Origin: Candidatus Aminicenantes bacterium
GTDB taxonomy: Bacteria; Acidobacteriota; Aminicenantia; Aminicenantales; JAFGBC01
DNA: 64,000 bases
Direction: 5' to 3'
Assembly: GCA_963702005.1 (NCBI GenBank)
Contig: OY969696.1
Coordinates: 256,001 to 320,000 of the forward strand
How positions within the stretch are numbered: the first letter of the stretch is position 1; every line of letters begins with the position of its first letter. The position numbers were made by a program, and so were the translations under genes. Under the pieces are notes generated by a model. It was not told the DNA's origin. It made no database searches and worked only from the letters and a program-made list of their open reading frames with translations. Positions 17,643-26,140 of this stretch are shown here, in pieces.

Positions 17643-17960
17643 TTAAACGCAGCCGACCGGCTTGGGCAACCCGGCGATCTTAGCCGATTTCTTAGCCGGC
17701 CCGCCGGGAAAAATCTCGTAGAGCTCCTTGGTGCCGATGACGCCGGTCTTGTTGAGCCTGCGGACGGTCGGGACCGCGCCGTTCTCCTTGAAGTCCCTCT
17801 GCATGAACTCGATAACCTTCCAGTGGGAGGGCGTCAGGACCGGGATCCCTTCCTCGCGGGCGATCGCTTCGGCGATCTCCCGCGTCCACTGGGAGACGTT
17901 CGTCATGAAGCCCTCGGCGTCGACCTCGACGGGACTTCCTCCGTATGTCTTCTGGGGAAT
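17643..17960 (-). CDS. tusE: TusE/DsrC-family sulfur relay protein (single C-terminal Cys); apparent ATT start
   Basis: (ATT)PQKTYGGSPVEVDAEGFM...HWKVIEFM...LYEIFPGGPAKKSAKIAGLPKPVGCV. SD AAGGAGG sits 5 nt before the ATT at 17960. Confidence 0.85.
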   Translation of the reverse strand: MPQKTYGGSPVEVDAEGFMTNVSQWTREIAEAIAREEGIPVLTPSHWKVIEFMQRDFKENGAVPTVRRLNKTGVIGTKELYEIFPGGPAKKSAKIAGLPKPVGCV

Positions 17961-17982
17961 GGGAACCTCCTTGGAAGGATGA

Positions 17983-19233
17983 TTAGGTCGCGGGGCCCTT
18001 TTTACCGGCCAGGCGCATCCGGGCCGGGATAAAGGGGAGGGGGCCCGCCTTGAGCAGCATATGCCAATAGACCCAGCGGAAAGCGAGCTTCCCGACGTGG
18101 TTGAGCCGGCTCTCCTTGAGAAGGGGAAGAGGGCCGAGGACCGGGAACGGGAAGCGGCCGGGAAGCGGCTCGACTTCGTAGTTGTAATCGATCAGGAAGG
18201 CCCGGCCCCGCCCGCTTTCGATGAAACAATTGACGTGTCCGTCGAATCCGGGTTCGAGCTCTTTGCCTTCGATCGTCCTCAGCACATTGGCGGCGATCGT
18301 TTCGGACTGGAAGTGGGCAACCGAACCCGCCTTGGAGGCCGGGGCGTTCGAGGCGTCGCCGATGACGAAGATGTCGGGGTGAACCTTGGAGCGGAGCGTC
18401 CGGGGATCGACCGGGACGAAGCGGAGCTCGTCGCCCAGGCCGGAGCGCTCGATGAAGTCGGCGCCCATATTGGTCGGGACCGTGACCAAGAGGTCGTAAG
18501 GGACCTCGCGGCCGTCGTAGGAGATGATCTTACGGGCGGCCGGGTCGATGCGCTCGGCGCCGAAGTCCGAGACGACCCGGATGCCGCGTTCCTCGAGGAG
18601 GCCGCCCAGGACGCGGGAAGCGACCGGCTTGGTGAAGGCTCCGGCCAGGGGCGTCACCAGGGTGATGTCCACCCCTTCCCGCATCTTGCGCCGGGAGAAG
18701 TGCCAGTCGGCGAGGAGGGCGAATTCGAGGGGCGCGACGGGGCACTTGATCGGCATCTCGTTGAGGTGTACGACCAGGGAGCCGCCGGGAAAGACCTCCA
18801 AGGCCCGGGCCAGGGCTTCGCTGCCCTCGGGTGTATAGAAGTCGAAGATCGTGTCGCGCCAGCCGTCCGCGAGCCCGGCCGTCTCCCCGGGGACTATCTC
18901 CGCTCCGGTCGCGATGATGAGGATGTCGTAGGGAAGGGTTCGCCCGTCCTCGAGGAGGACGGATTTCGCGGCGGCGTCGATCCGCTCGACCCCGGACAGG
19001 ACGAACTCGACGCCCTTGGGCAGGAACCGGGTCCGGTCCTTGACGAGCTGGGAGCGCTCCAAGAGACCGAAGGGGACGAATAGAAAACCCGGCTGGTAGT
19101 AATGGTCCGTGTCCCTGTCGACGACGGTGATTGTCCAGTCGGAGCGGCCGGCGCGTCCGTCCAGCCGTTTGCTCAGCAGGTTGGCCATGATCGTGCCGCC
19201 CGTCCCTGCTCCCAAAATGAGGAGTTTCTTCAT
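17983..19233 (-). CDS. sqr: Sulfide:quinone oxidoreductase-like flavoprotein (type III SQR)
   Basis: LILGAGTGG, HYYQPGFLF, IKCPVAPLE, IFVIGDA..P.SKAGS, CFIESG. Adjacent to tusE. Confidence 0.85.
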   Translation of the reverse strand: MKKLLILGAGTGGTIMANLLSKRLDGRAGRSDWTITVVDRDTDHYYQPGFLFVPFGLLERSQLVKDRTRFLPKGVEFVLSGVERIDAAAKSVLLEDGRTLPYDILIIATGAEIVPGETAGLADGWRDTIFDFYTPEGSEALARALEVFPGGSLVVHLNEMPIKCPVAPLEFALLADWHFSRRKMREGVDITLVTPLAGAFTKPVASRVLGGLLEERGIRVVSDFGAERIDPAARKIISYDGREVPYDLLVTVPTNMGADFIERSGLGDELRFVPVDPRTLRSKVHPDIFVIGDASNAPASKAGSVAHFQSETIAANVLRTIEGKELEPGFDGHVNCFIESGRGRAFLIDYNYEVEPLPGRFPFPVLGPLPLLKESRLNHVGKLAFRWVYWHMLLKAGPLPFIPARMRLAGKKGPAT

Positions 19234-19252
19234 TTAATTTTAAACCTTACGA

Positions 19253-19281
19253 ATACTATCGAATATATGTGTCTATGTCAA
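19253..19281 (-). promoter_or_regulatory. sigma70 promoter for sqr-tusE
   Basis: TTGACA-N17-TAGTAT. Confidence 0.6.
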
Positions 19282-19317
19282 CGGACGACGAAGGAAACAG
19301 GTCGCGCGTTCCCGGAA

Positions 19318-20427
19318 TCAGGGCTTGAAGACTTCGCTGCGAAGGGCCGCCTTCCTGATCCGTTTCTCGACCGGGAAGACCCCGATCCCGGCTTCGGTCG
19401 GCACCTTGATCGTCCCCGGACCGCTGAGCTCGATGAAGGGATCGATGAGGTCCTCTTTATAGTAGCGGCGGCTCGCCGAGAGGTCGTGGGGAAGCTTGAA
19501 ATTGGGGAGGGCGGCGATATGCAGGTTGTGGGCCCTTCCTACTCCGGACTCGAGCATGCCGCCGCACCAGACGGGGACGCCTTTCTCCTGGCAGTGGTCG
19601 TGAATGCGGCGGGCCTCGACGAACCCGCCCACCCGGCCGACCTTGATATTGATGATCCGGCAGCTCCCCATCTCGAGCGCGGCCCGGGCCGTGGCCAGGG
19701 AAAGAATACTCTCGTCCAGACAGAGGGGCGTCTGCATCTCTTTCTGGAGCTTGGCGTGCTCCCAGAGGTCGTAGGGCGGGAAGGGCTGCTCGACGAGAAG
19801 GAGGTTGAAGGCGTCGAGCTCTTTGAGACGGGGGAGATCGGCCGGGCTGTAGGCGCCGTTGGCGTCGACCTGGAGAATGACGTCCGGGTATTTCGCGCGC
19901 ACGGCCGCGCAGGCCTCGACGTCCCAGCCCGGCTTGATCTTGATCTTGATCCGCCGGTAGCCTTCGGCCAGATAAGCGCCGATCCTGGTCTGGAGCTCGG
20001 GGATGGAATCCTCGATCCCGCAGCTGACGCCGGCCTCGACTTCGCTCCGGACGCCGCCGTAGATTTTGGACAGGGACACGTTCATCCGCCGCGCCTTGAG
20101 GTCCCAGAAGGCCAGTTCGAGCCCGGCCTTGGCCATCAGGTTGCCCCGAAAGCGGCGGGCTTCGCGCTCGAAGTCCTCGGGCTCCTCGATCTTTTTGGAG
20201 AAGACGAGCGGGACTAGGAAGTCCTTAAGGACGTGCCAAGCGCCTTCGGTCGTCTCGCCGCTGTAGAGCGGGGCTCGCTCGGCCACGACCTCGCCCCAGC
20301 CGCAGAGGCCGTCCGCGTAGACGCGGGCCAGGATGAAGGTCCGGTCATACTCCCGGCCAAAGCTCGTCTCGAAGAAATGGACGTAGGGCAGCTTGCAGAG
20401 GGTCAACTCGATGCGTTCGACGGTCAC
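19318..20427 (-). CDS. menC: o-succinylbenzoate synthase / N-succinylamino acid racemase (enolase superfamily)
   Basis: FETSFG, RIKIKIKPG, VDANGAY, VEQP, LDES, NIKVGRVGG, WCGGMLESGVG. GTG start inferred. Confidence 0.85.
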   Translation of the reverse strand: MTVERIELTLCKLPYVHFFETSFGREYDRTFILARVYADGLCGWGEVVAERAPLYSGETTEGAWHVLKDFLVPLVFSKKIEEPEDFEREARRFRGNLMAKAGLELAFWDLKARRMNVSLSKIYGGVRSEVEAGVSCGIEDSIPELQTRIGAYLAEGYRRIKIKIKPGWDVEACAAVRAKYPDVILQVDANGAYSPADLPRLKELDAFNLLLVEQPFPPYDLWEHAKLQKEMQTPLCLDESILSLATARAALEMGSCRIINIKVGRVGGFVEARRIHDHCQEKGVPVWCGGMLESGVGRAHNLHIAALPNFKLPHDLSASRRYYKEDLIDPFIELSGPGTIKVPTEAGIGVFPVEKRIRKAALRSEVFKP

Positions 20428-20431
20428 GGCC

Positions 20432-21253
20432 TCATCCTTTCCGGTCCCTGCGCAGGACATAATAACAGCGGTCGCCGAATATAAAGTCGTCCGCGATCCA
20501 GCCCCGCTTGAAATAGCTCTTGAGGACCGTCCTGAGGACCGACTGCCAGGCGGCGATGAGATCCGAACGGGGCTTGAGCGCCTTGATGTTGCCGGGAACC
20601 TCGGCCAAGAGGACGCGGTCCTTCAATCTCATCCGCGGCTTTCCCGGAAGCGGGAAGGGATCGCCGCTCTCGACCGCCCGCTCCAGCGCTTTGGGCAGGG
20701 CCTCCGCCTCGCAGCGCTCGCGCTTCCTGTCCAACCTGTCCCGGCCCCGTCCGGCTTTGATCCGCCATTCGACAAGGAGCCGGTCGGTCGGGATCTCCGG
20801 CCCCAAGCACAGGGACGGCGTGAACCCGTAGAAATTGTCGAGGTAGGTCCGGCTCCGGACGCCCAAGGTGTGGAGGTTGAGGTTCGCGTTCCGGGCCAGC
20901 ATCGGATCGTAAGTCCAGGTGATCAGATCCAGGCCCTGCCTGAGGGCTTCACGCCGCTGGGCCCATTTGAGCTTTTTCCCCAGCCCGTACCCCTGGAAGG
21001 CCGGAAGCACGGCCAAGTGATGGGAATGCTGGAAGAGCCGTCCGCGCCGGACGGCCGGAAAAGAATAGACATAGCCGACCAGGGCGCCGTCGACGAAAGC
21101 CCCGAGCAGGATGGCGCCCATCAGCGCGTGAATACAGAATTGGTGGACGGGCGTCAGGTCCAGCTCGTCGCGCCCCCAGATTTCGCGTTGGATGTCCAGA
21201 AGCCGCTCGAACTCGGCTTGGTTTTCGAGCTTCCGGATGCTTAGGTTAGCCAT
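20432..21253 (-). CDS. GNAT acyltransferase (N-succinyltransferase-like partner of NSAR)
   Basis: HSHHLAV, QGYGLGKKLKWAQR, WTYDP..RNANLNL.LG, Y.DNFYG, PTDRLLVEW. Confidence 0.85.
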   Translation of the reverse strand: MANLSIRKLENQAEFERLLDIQREIWGRDELDLTPVHQFCIHALMGAILLGAFVDGALVGYVYSFPAVRRGRLFQHSHHLAVLPAFQGYGLGKKLKWAQRREALRQGLDLITWTYDPMLARNANLNLHTLGVRSRTYLDNFYGFTPSLCLGPEIPTDRLLVEWRIKAGRGRDRLDRKRERCEAEALPKALERAVESGDPFPLPGKPRMRLKDRVLLAEVPGNIKALKPRSDLIAAWQSVLRTVLKSYFKRGWIADDFIFGDRCYYVLRRDRKG

Positions 21254-22346
21254 CCAGTCTGATCCTCTTCCGGCCGGCGATGCGCTCGTAGACGCCGATG
21301 ATTCGCTCGGCCATGGCTTCGGCCGAGAATTTTTCGTGGACGACTCGAAAGCCCCGTTCGCCGAGCGCTGCGGCGAGGCTCCGGTCGTGATAGAGCTTGA
21401 GGACGGCCTCGGCCAGGGCCGCCGGACTCCGGGGCGGGACGAGCAGGCCGGTCTCTCTATGAATGACGACCTCGGGAATCCCGCCGGCGCGGGTAGCCAC
21501 GACCGGCAGCTTGGCCGCCATGGCGTCCATGATCGAGCTCCCCAGACCCTCCAGGTGGGAGGACATCACGAACAAGTCCAGCGAGGCCAGGAGGCGGGGG
21601 ACGTCGTCCCGGAAGCCGAGGAAGAAAACGAGGTCCTCGACGCCGAGGTCCTGGACCTGGCGGGTCAGCTCCATCTCGAGCGAGCCCGAACCGACGACGA
21701 TGAGCTTGACCCGGGGCGTTTCTTTCTTGATGATCCGGGCCGCCTCGATGAGGTAGCGGTGGCCCTTGTGGTCCTCCAGCTGGGCGACAATCCCAACCAG
21801 AAAATCGTCGGGACGGAAACGGAGCTCCCGGCGCAGGAAGTCGCGGTCGGCGGCCTCCCGGAACGGCGCGAAGTCGACGCCCGAAGGGATGACCTCGATA
21901 AGCTTGGCCGGGACGCCGCCCTTGACCAAGATTCTCTTGACCTCGTCCGAGATGGCGATGACGGCGTCGATGTTTTTGATGTACTTCCGCCGGGACTTGA
22001 CCGGGAAGTCGACGCGGCGGGAGACGATCCGGACCGGAACCTTGGCCAGGGCGGCCGCCGCCTTTCCGATCGAAACGGCGTGGGCGTCGTGGAAATGGGC
22101 GACCCGGCAGCCGAGCTTGCTCATGGCCCGGCCGAGCTTGAGCACGGCCAGGAGGTCGAGCTCGCTCCTCATCCGGAGGGGCAGCACGGACAGGCCCTCG
22201 GCCGACGCTTTTTGATGGAGGGGGCTTCCCGGCTGGCAGACGAGCCGGAAGGAGCGCCCCCCGGCCTTGAGGGCGCGGGCCAGAAACAGGACCTGGCGCT
22301 GGCCGCCCCGCCATTCCTTCCCGGCGTCAATCTGGAAAAGGCTCAA
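21246..22346 (-). CDS. Glycosyltransferase family 4
   Basis: WRGGQRQV, KGH, FLGFRDD, EGLGSSIMDAMA..PVVATRAGGIPE. TTG start after GGAG. Confidence 0.9.
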   Translation of the reverse strand: MSLFQIDAGKEWRGGQRQVLFLARALKAGGRSFRLVCQPGSPLHQKASAEGLSVLPLRMRSELDLLAVLKLGRAMSKLGCRVAHFHDAHAVSIGKAAAALAKVPVRIVSRRVDFPVKSRRKYIKNIDAVIAISDEVKRILVKGGVPAKLIEVIPSGVDFAPFREAADRDFLRRELRFRPDDFLVGIVAQLEDHKGHRYLIEAARIIKKETPRVKLIVVGSGSLEMELTRQVQDLGVEDLVFFLGFRDDVPRLLASLDLFVMSSHLEGLGSSIMDAMAAKLPVVATRAGGIPEVVIHRETGLLVPPRSPAALAEAVLKLYHDRSLAAALGERGFRVVHEKFSAEAMAERIIGVYERIAGRKRIRLDG

Positions 22347-23106
22347 TCCGCTCTCCTTTCTTCCAGATCTCGCGGAGCTTGGCATAGCGGGCGAACACGG
22401 CATACCCGTTGAGGACCGAAATGACGAGGCCGGGGAATCCGTCCAGGAACCCGCGCTTGAGGAAATAAGATTTAACGAACCGGGCCGGCGGGAGAAAGAT
22501 CAGGTGAGCGGCCCGGCATTTCTTCTTCTTGGCGTAGAGCTTTTGGGCGCCCAGGCTGGAAAATTTGTTGATCCGCTCCAGGTGGTCGGCGATGTCCCGG
22601 TAGCTTAAATGATAAACGTCGCCCTTGAGCCTCTCGATCCGGCCGGCCACGATCAGACTCTCGTGGACGTAGTCCCCCTCCCAGCGGGCCGCTTCTTTGC
22701 GGAAGAGCCGGACCCTGCGGTCGGGATACCAGCCCGAATGCCTGATCCAGCGGCCGAGGTAGAAGACGCGGCGCGGCATCGAGAATCCGGCGCAGCCGGG
22801 CTCCTTGAAGGCCGCTTTCAGAGCCAGGAGCTCCTCGCGAAGGCCGGGCGAGAGCCGTTCGTCGGCGTCCAGGGACAGGATCCAGGGGCCGGCGGCCAGG
22901 CCGTTCGCGTAATTTTTCTGGTCCGCGTAGTTCGTCCAGGTCCGCTGGACGACGCGCGGGGTGTGCTTCTTGGCGATCCGGAAGGTCGCGTCGGTCGAGA
23001 AGCTGTCGACGACGACGACCTCGGAGACGATCCCCCGCAGGCTGCCGAGGGCGGCCTCGAGGTTCTTCTCCTCGTTGTAGGTGATGACGACCGCCGATAT
23101 CTCCAC
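22327..23106 (-). CDS. Glycosyltransferase family 2 (WaaE/KdtX-like)
   Basis: ITYNEEKN, VDSFSTD, WILSLDADE, WYPD, VHE, GFLDG.PG. Confidence 0.92.
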   Translation of the reverse strand: MEISAVVITYNEEKNLEAALGSLRGIVSEVVVVDSFSTDATFRIAKKHTPRVVQRTWTNYADQKNYANGLAAGPWILSLDADERLSPGLREELLALKAAFKEPGCAGFSMPRRVFYLGRWIRHSGWYPDRRVRLFRKEAARWEGDYVHESLIVAGRIERLKGDVYHLSYRDIADHLERINKFSSLGAQKLYAKKKKCRAAHLIFLPPARFVKSYFLKRGFLDGFPGLVISVLNGYAVFARYAKLREIWKKGERIEPFPD

Positions 23107-23145
23107 GGCGGCATCTTATCACAGGCTAAAATTTCAAATCAAACG

Positions 23146-24470
23146 TCACTTGACCCAATCGGGGAACGTGCTGAGGGTGCTCAATCCCGCGTAGGGAGAG
23201 GACATGTATTCAAGGTTGTTGACGACGGCCAGAAGCCCGCGTTCTTTTTGTAGAGGTTCGTCGTATGAATTCTCGACAGGAACAGCTGCGGCGTCCCTGT
23301 CGCATCGGAAGCGACGATTGGGGTGAAAGCGTCGAACTCGGAATATGTGATATAGGCCGGGTCATAACTGAAGGCATGGACCAGGTTGCCCAGAGTCAGC
23401 TTTTTGGTCTGGACGGGGACGCCTCCGTAATTGAGACGGACCAGGCTGAAGGTATGCTTATCCTTTTCCAGCCTCCGTTGGGCCTCGGGAATCTCCTTGG
23501 TTTTCTTGATGAAAAGCCATAGGTCCGTCTTCGATCCGGGATAGGGCGCCAGCCAGAGCTCCCCGTACCAAGTTAAAGGATCCTTGACGGATTCGATCTC
23601 GGTCAGATAAACGGAATGCGAGGCGTCGCCGCTGACCGCAAGAACCAGGGCTTCGTGAAGATAGAGGTCGTCCCAGCTGCCCGGGCTGCTGTAAACAGAG
23701 TCCGCGACCGGAACCAGCCAATACGACCCATTCCAGACGGGGCGATAAACATCGCAGAAGATAAAGCTCCCGTCACCCAGGACGGGCAGGAAGACGGGAG
23801 CGCCCGTGCGCCCTCCGGTCTGGAGATCGGCCTCGACGAAATAGGATAAAGATTTCCGCATCCGCCAGGGCGAGACGTCGTTGATGCCGACGCTGAAAAC
23901 GACTCCGATGACGTCTCCCCGGTTGCAGGCGAACAGGTCCGATCCGCCCAAGTACGTGCCTTTCGGGGTCGTCGTCCTCCAGATCTCTTTCCAGGCGCTC
24001 GTCCGCTGCCCGGTCGCCCCGAACTTGGCGACTCGAACCGTCACCGTCGACCATTCAGGATTGGAATGGTCTTCCTCGAAGAAGACGTAAACGAGGCCGT
24101 ATCCACCGGCGGCGGACGGGCCGGAGCCCGAGGCCGCGATCCAGAGCGCGGCGGCGTTGCGGGGCGACCCCATCCCCGAGCCGAACGTCCGCGAAGAAGA
24201 ACAGGCGCCGGTCTTGGACAGCTGGAAACTCAGCAAGCTCGCGGGGCCGCCGGACGCGCTCTTGTTGACGGCGAAAGCGACGCACGAGGATTCCGAAACC
24301 GGGGCCATGTCCAGGATCCCTTTGAAGACGCTGAAACCCGTCGGGGCGAGCGTCTTAAGCGGGTAGGGAGGCGCGACGCCGTCCCGAGATCCGGCTGGGG
24401 CGCCCGCCCGGGCTGAAACAAGCCATCCGGCCGATAACAAAAGACAAATCGCCACGCGGTTTTTCTTCAC
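23146..24470 (-). pseudogene. Secreted protein family A, copy 1, with an internal deletion and frameshift near the 3' end
   Basis: Paralog of 26141-27601 (RPVWNGSYWLVPV, LAPYPGS, TPQLFLSRIHTTNL). After KKNAG about 50 codons are missing, and the homologous tail LAVVNNLEY...STFPDWVK* lies in another frame ending at 23146. Confidence 0.75.
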
Positions 24471-24518
24471 GGCGCTCCTCCTCCCTTCTCGATGATCATG
24501 ATATGGCGCCACCCTTTT

Positions 24519-25958
24519 TCAATAATTGAACAGCGCCAAGTAGTTGTCCCAGGGGTAGGGCGATGGGATGTGGTAAGCGCAATTGACGACGCCGATCGGC
24601 CCGCCCGGAAAGATATCAATCCAGGGCCGGAACAGGTTGATCTTATCCCAGACATGAACGGTTCGCGCCCTGTGCCCGGCGGCACCGGTCAGGGGATTGA
24701 CGGCGTAAAAATCAACCTCTTGCTCGTACTTCTCATCCCCCGAGTTTTCCTTCAAAAGTTCAACAGTACGGGCCCGGGATATATAAATCGTCCCGTCCTT
24801 GGCCAGACACTCCGACAGGTAATCGTATTCCCACCAGAGCTTGTAGGCGGCATCGTAGACGAGCTTGTGGACGGGAGCCGGCAGGGAAACGGCCACGCTA
24901 TTGACGAGTTGGCCGCGGATGTCGAGCCGTTTCAGAGAGAAATCGTATTTGAACAAGTCCAGTTTTTGCTGACTTTTCGGAATCAGCGTCCTGTGCCTGA
25001 CGAACATCAACATGTCGGCGTCGGATTCGGGATGGCGCGTCAGGCAGAGATCATAGGTCCCCGCCGAGATGACCTTATCCGTCGCGATCTCGTTCATGAC
25101 GGCCGTATGGGTCTCTCCGCCCGAGACGACATAGACCAAAGCCTTATTCTCCAGGATATCTTTCCAATCCCCATTGGGTTTATACGCCGTAGTCGCCGCG
25201 GGAACCAGCCACGAGGTCCCGTTCCAGCCCGGCGCAAATCCCAGGCCGTAGATGTCCCGGCCGTTCTTGGGCAGCGGAAGTTGCTTGGCGCCTCCGATCA
25301 GGCCGCCGTCCGCGGCTGCGGCTTCCAGAAAATAGATCAGCGATTTCGGACTGTACCCGCTGTGCTTCTGGAGACACAACGTGGGAACGACCCCGACCGA
25401 CTTGCCTCTGCGGAGGGCGAATAAGGCCTCCTCGCAGATGTACCATCCTTTGGGCGTGGTCGCCTTGAGGATTTGTGTCCAGCCGCCGACGACTCCTCCC
25501 GATGAATTGAATTTCGCGACAGAGACAGTGGCCGTGTCGGTGGACTTCCCCCAGGTCTCGGACAGGACGAACACAAGCCCATAAGGTCCGGCGGCCCGAT
25601 CACCGGAGACGCCGTCGTCAATCCAAACGCAGGCGGCGGCCCGGGGATTTATCCCGGCCGCGATCGTCCGCGGCGAGGAACAGACACCCTCCTTAGACAG
25701 GGAATAGCTGACCAGGGAATAATTCCCTGTTTTTTCGTCCTTATTCCGGGCGAAGGCGATCCCTTTGTCGGCGGACACCGGAACCCAGTCCCAAATCCCC
25801 TGGTAGACGGAGAATCCCTTGGGAACGATCTTAATCAGCGGATAAGAGAGGACGGCGTAGGATGGAACGGCGCCGGCCGGAGTCGTCCGGACGGCCGCCC
25901 ACCCGCCCCAGCCCGCCAGGACGACGGCCAGGGCTCCGCAAAGAATCGGTCGCCTCAT
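24519..25958 (-). CDS. Secreted protein family A, copy 2 (unknown, beta-rich)
   Basis: SD TAAGGAGGT then MRRPILCG signal peptide. Shares PKGFS, VAKFN, KSLIYFLEA, WNG.WLVP, YDAAY, EQE, FPGGP..VVN with copy 3. Confidence 0.75.
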   Translation of the reverse strand: MRRPILCGALAVVLAGWGGWAAVRTTPAGAVPSYAVLSYPLIKIVPKGFSVYQGIWDWVPVSADKGIAFARNKDEKTGNYSLVSYSLSKEGVCSSPRTIAAGINPRAAACVWIDDGVSGDRAAGPYGLVFVLSETWGKSTDTATVSVAKFNSSGGVVGGWTQILKATTPKGWYICEEALFALRRGKSVGVVPTLCLQKHSGYSPKSLIYFLEAAAADGGLIGGAKQLPLPKNGRDIYGLGFAPGWNGTSWLVPAATTAYKPNGDWKDILENKALVYVVSGGETHTAVMNEIATDKVISAGTYDLCLTRHPESDADMLMFVRHRTLIPKSQQKLDLFKYDFSLKRLDIRGQLVNSVAVSLPAPVHKLVYDAAYKLWWEYDYLSECLAKDGTIYISRARTVELLKENSGDEKYEQEVDFYAVNPLTGAAGHRARTVHVWDKINLFRPWIDIFPGGPIGVVNCAYHIPSPYPWDNYLALFNY

Positions 25959-26140
25959 GGCTGACCTCCTTAGGATCAGGACAGCGATCCCGCCCAGACG
26001 ATTTTTCATTTCCGCCTCCCTCCTTCGAATCGTGTGAGTCAAACCCGCGACTCCGGGCCTCGAAAGGCGGCACCCATGGCTTCCATGAGCGCTGCAAGGC
26101 GGGCTCGGCGCCGGCGAACGGCCGGGACCGATCTCCCCGT

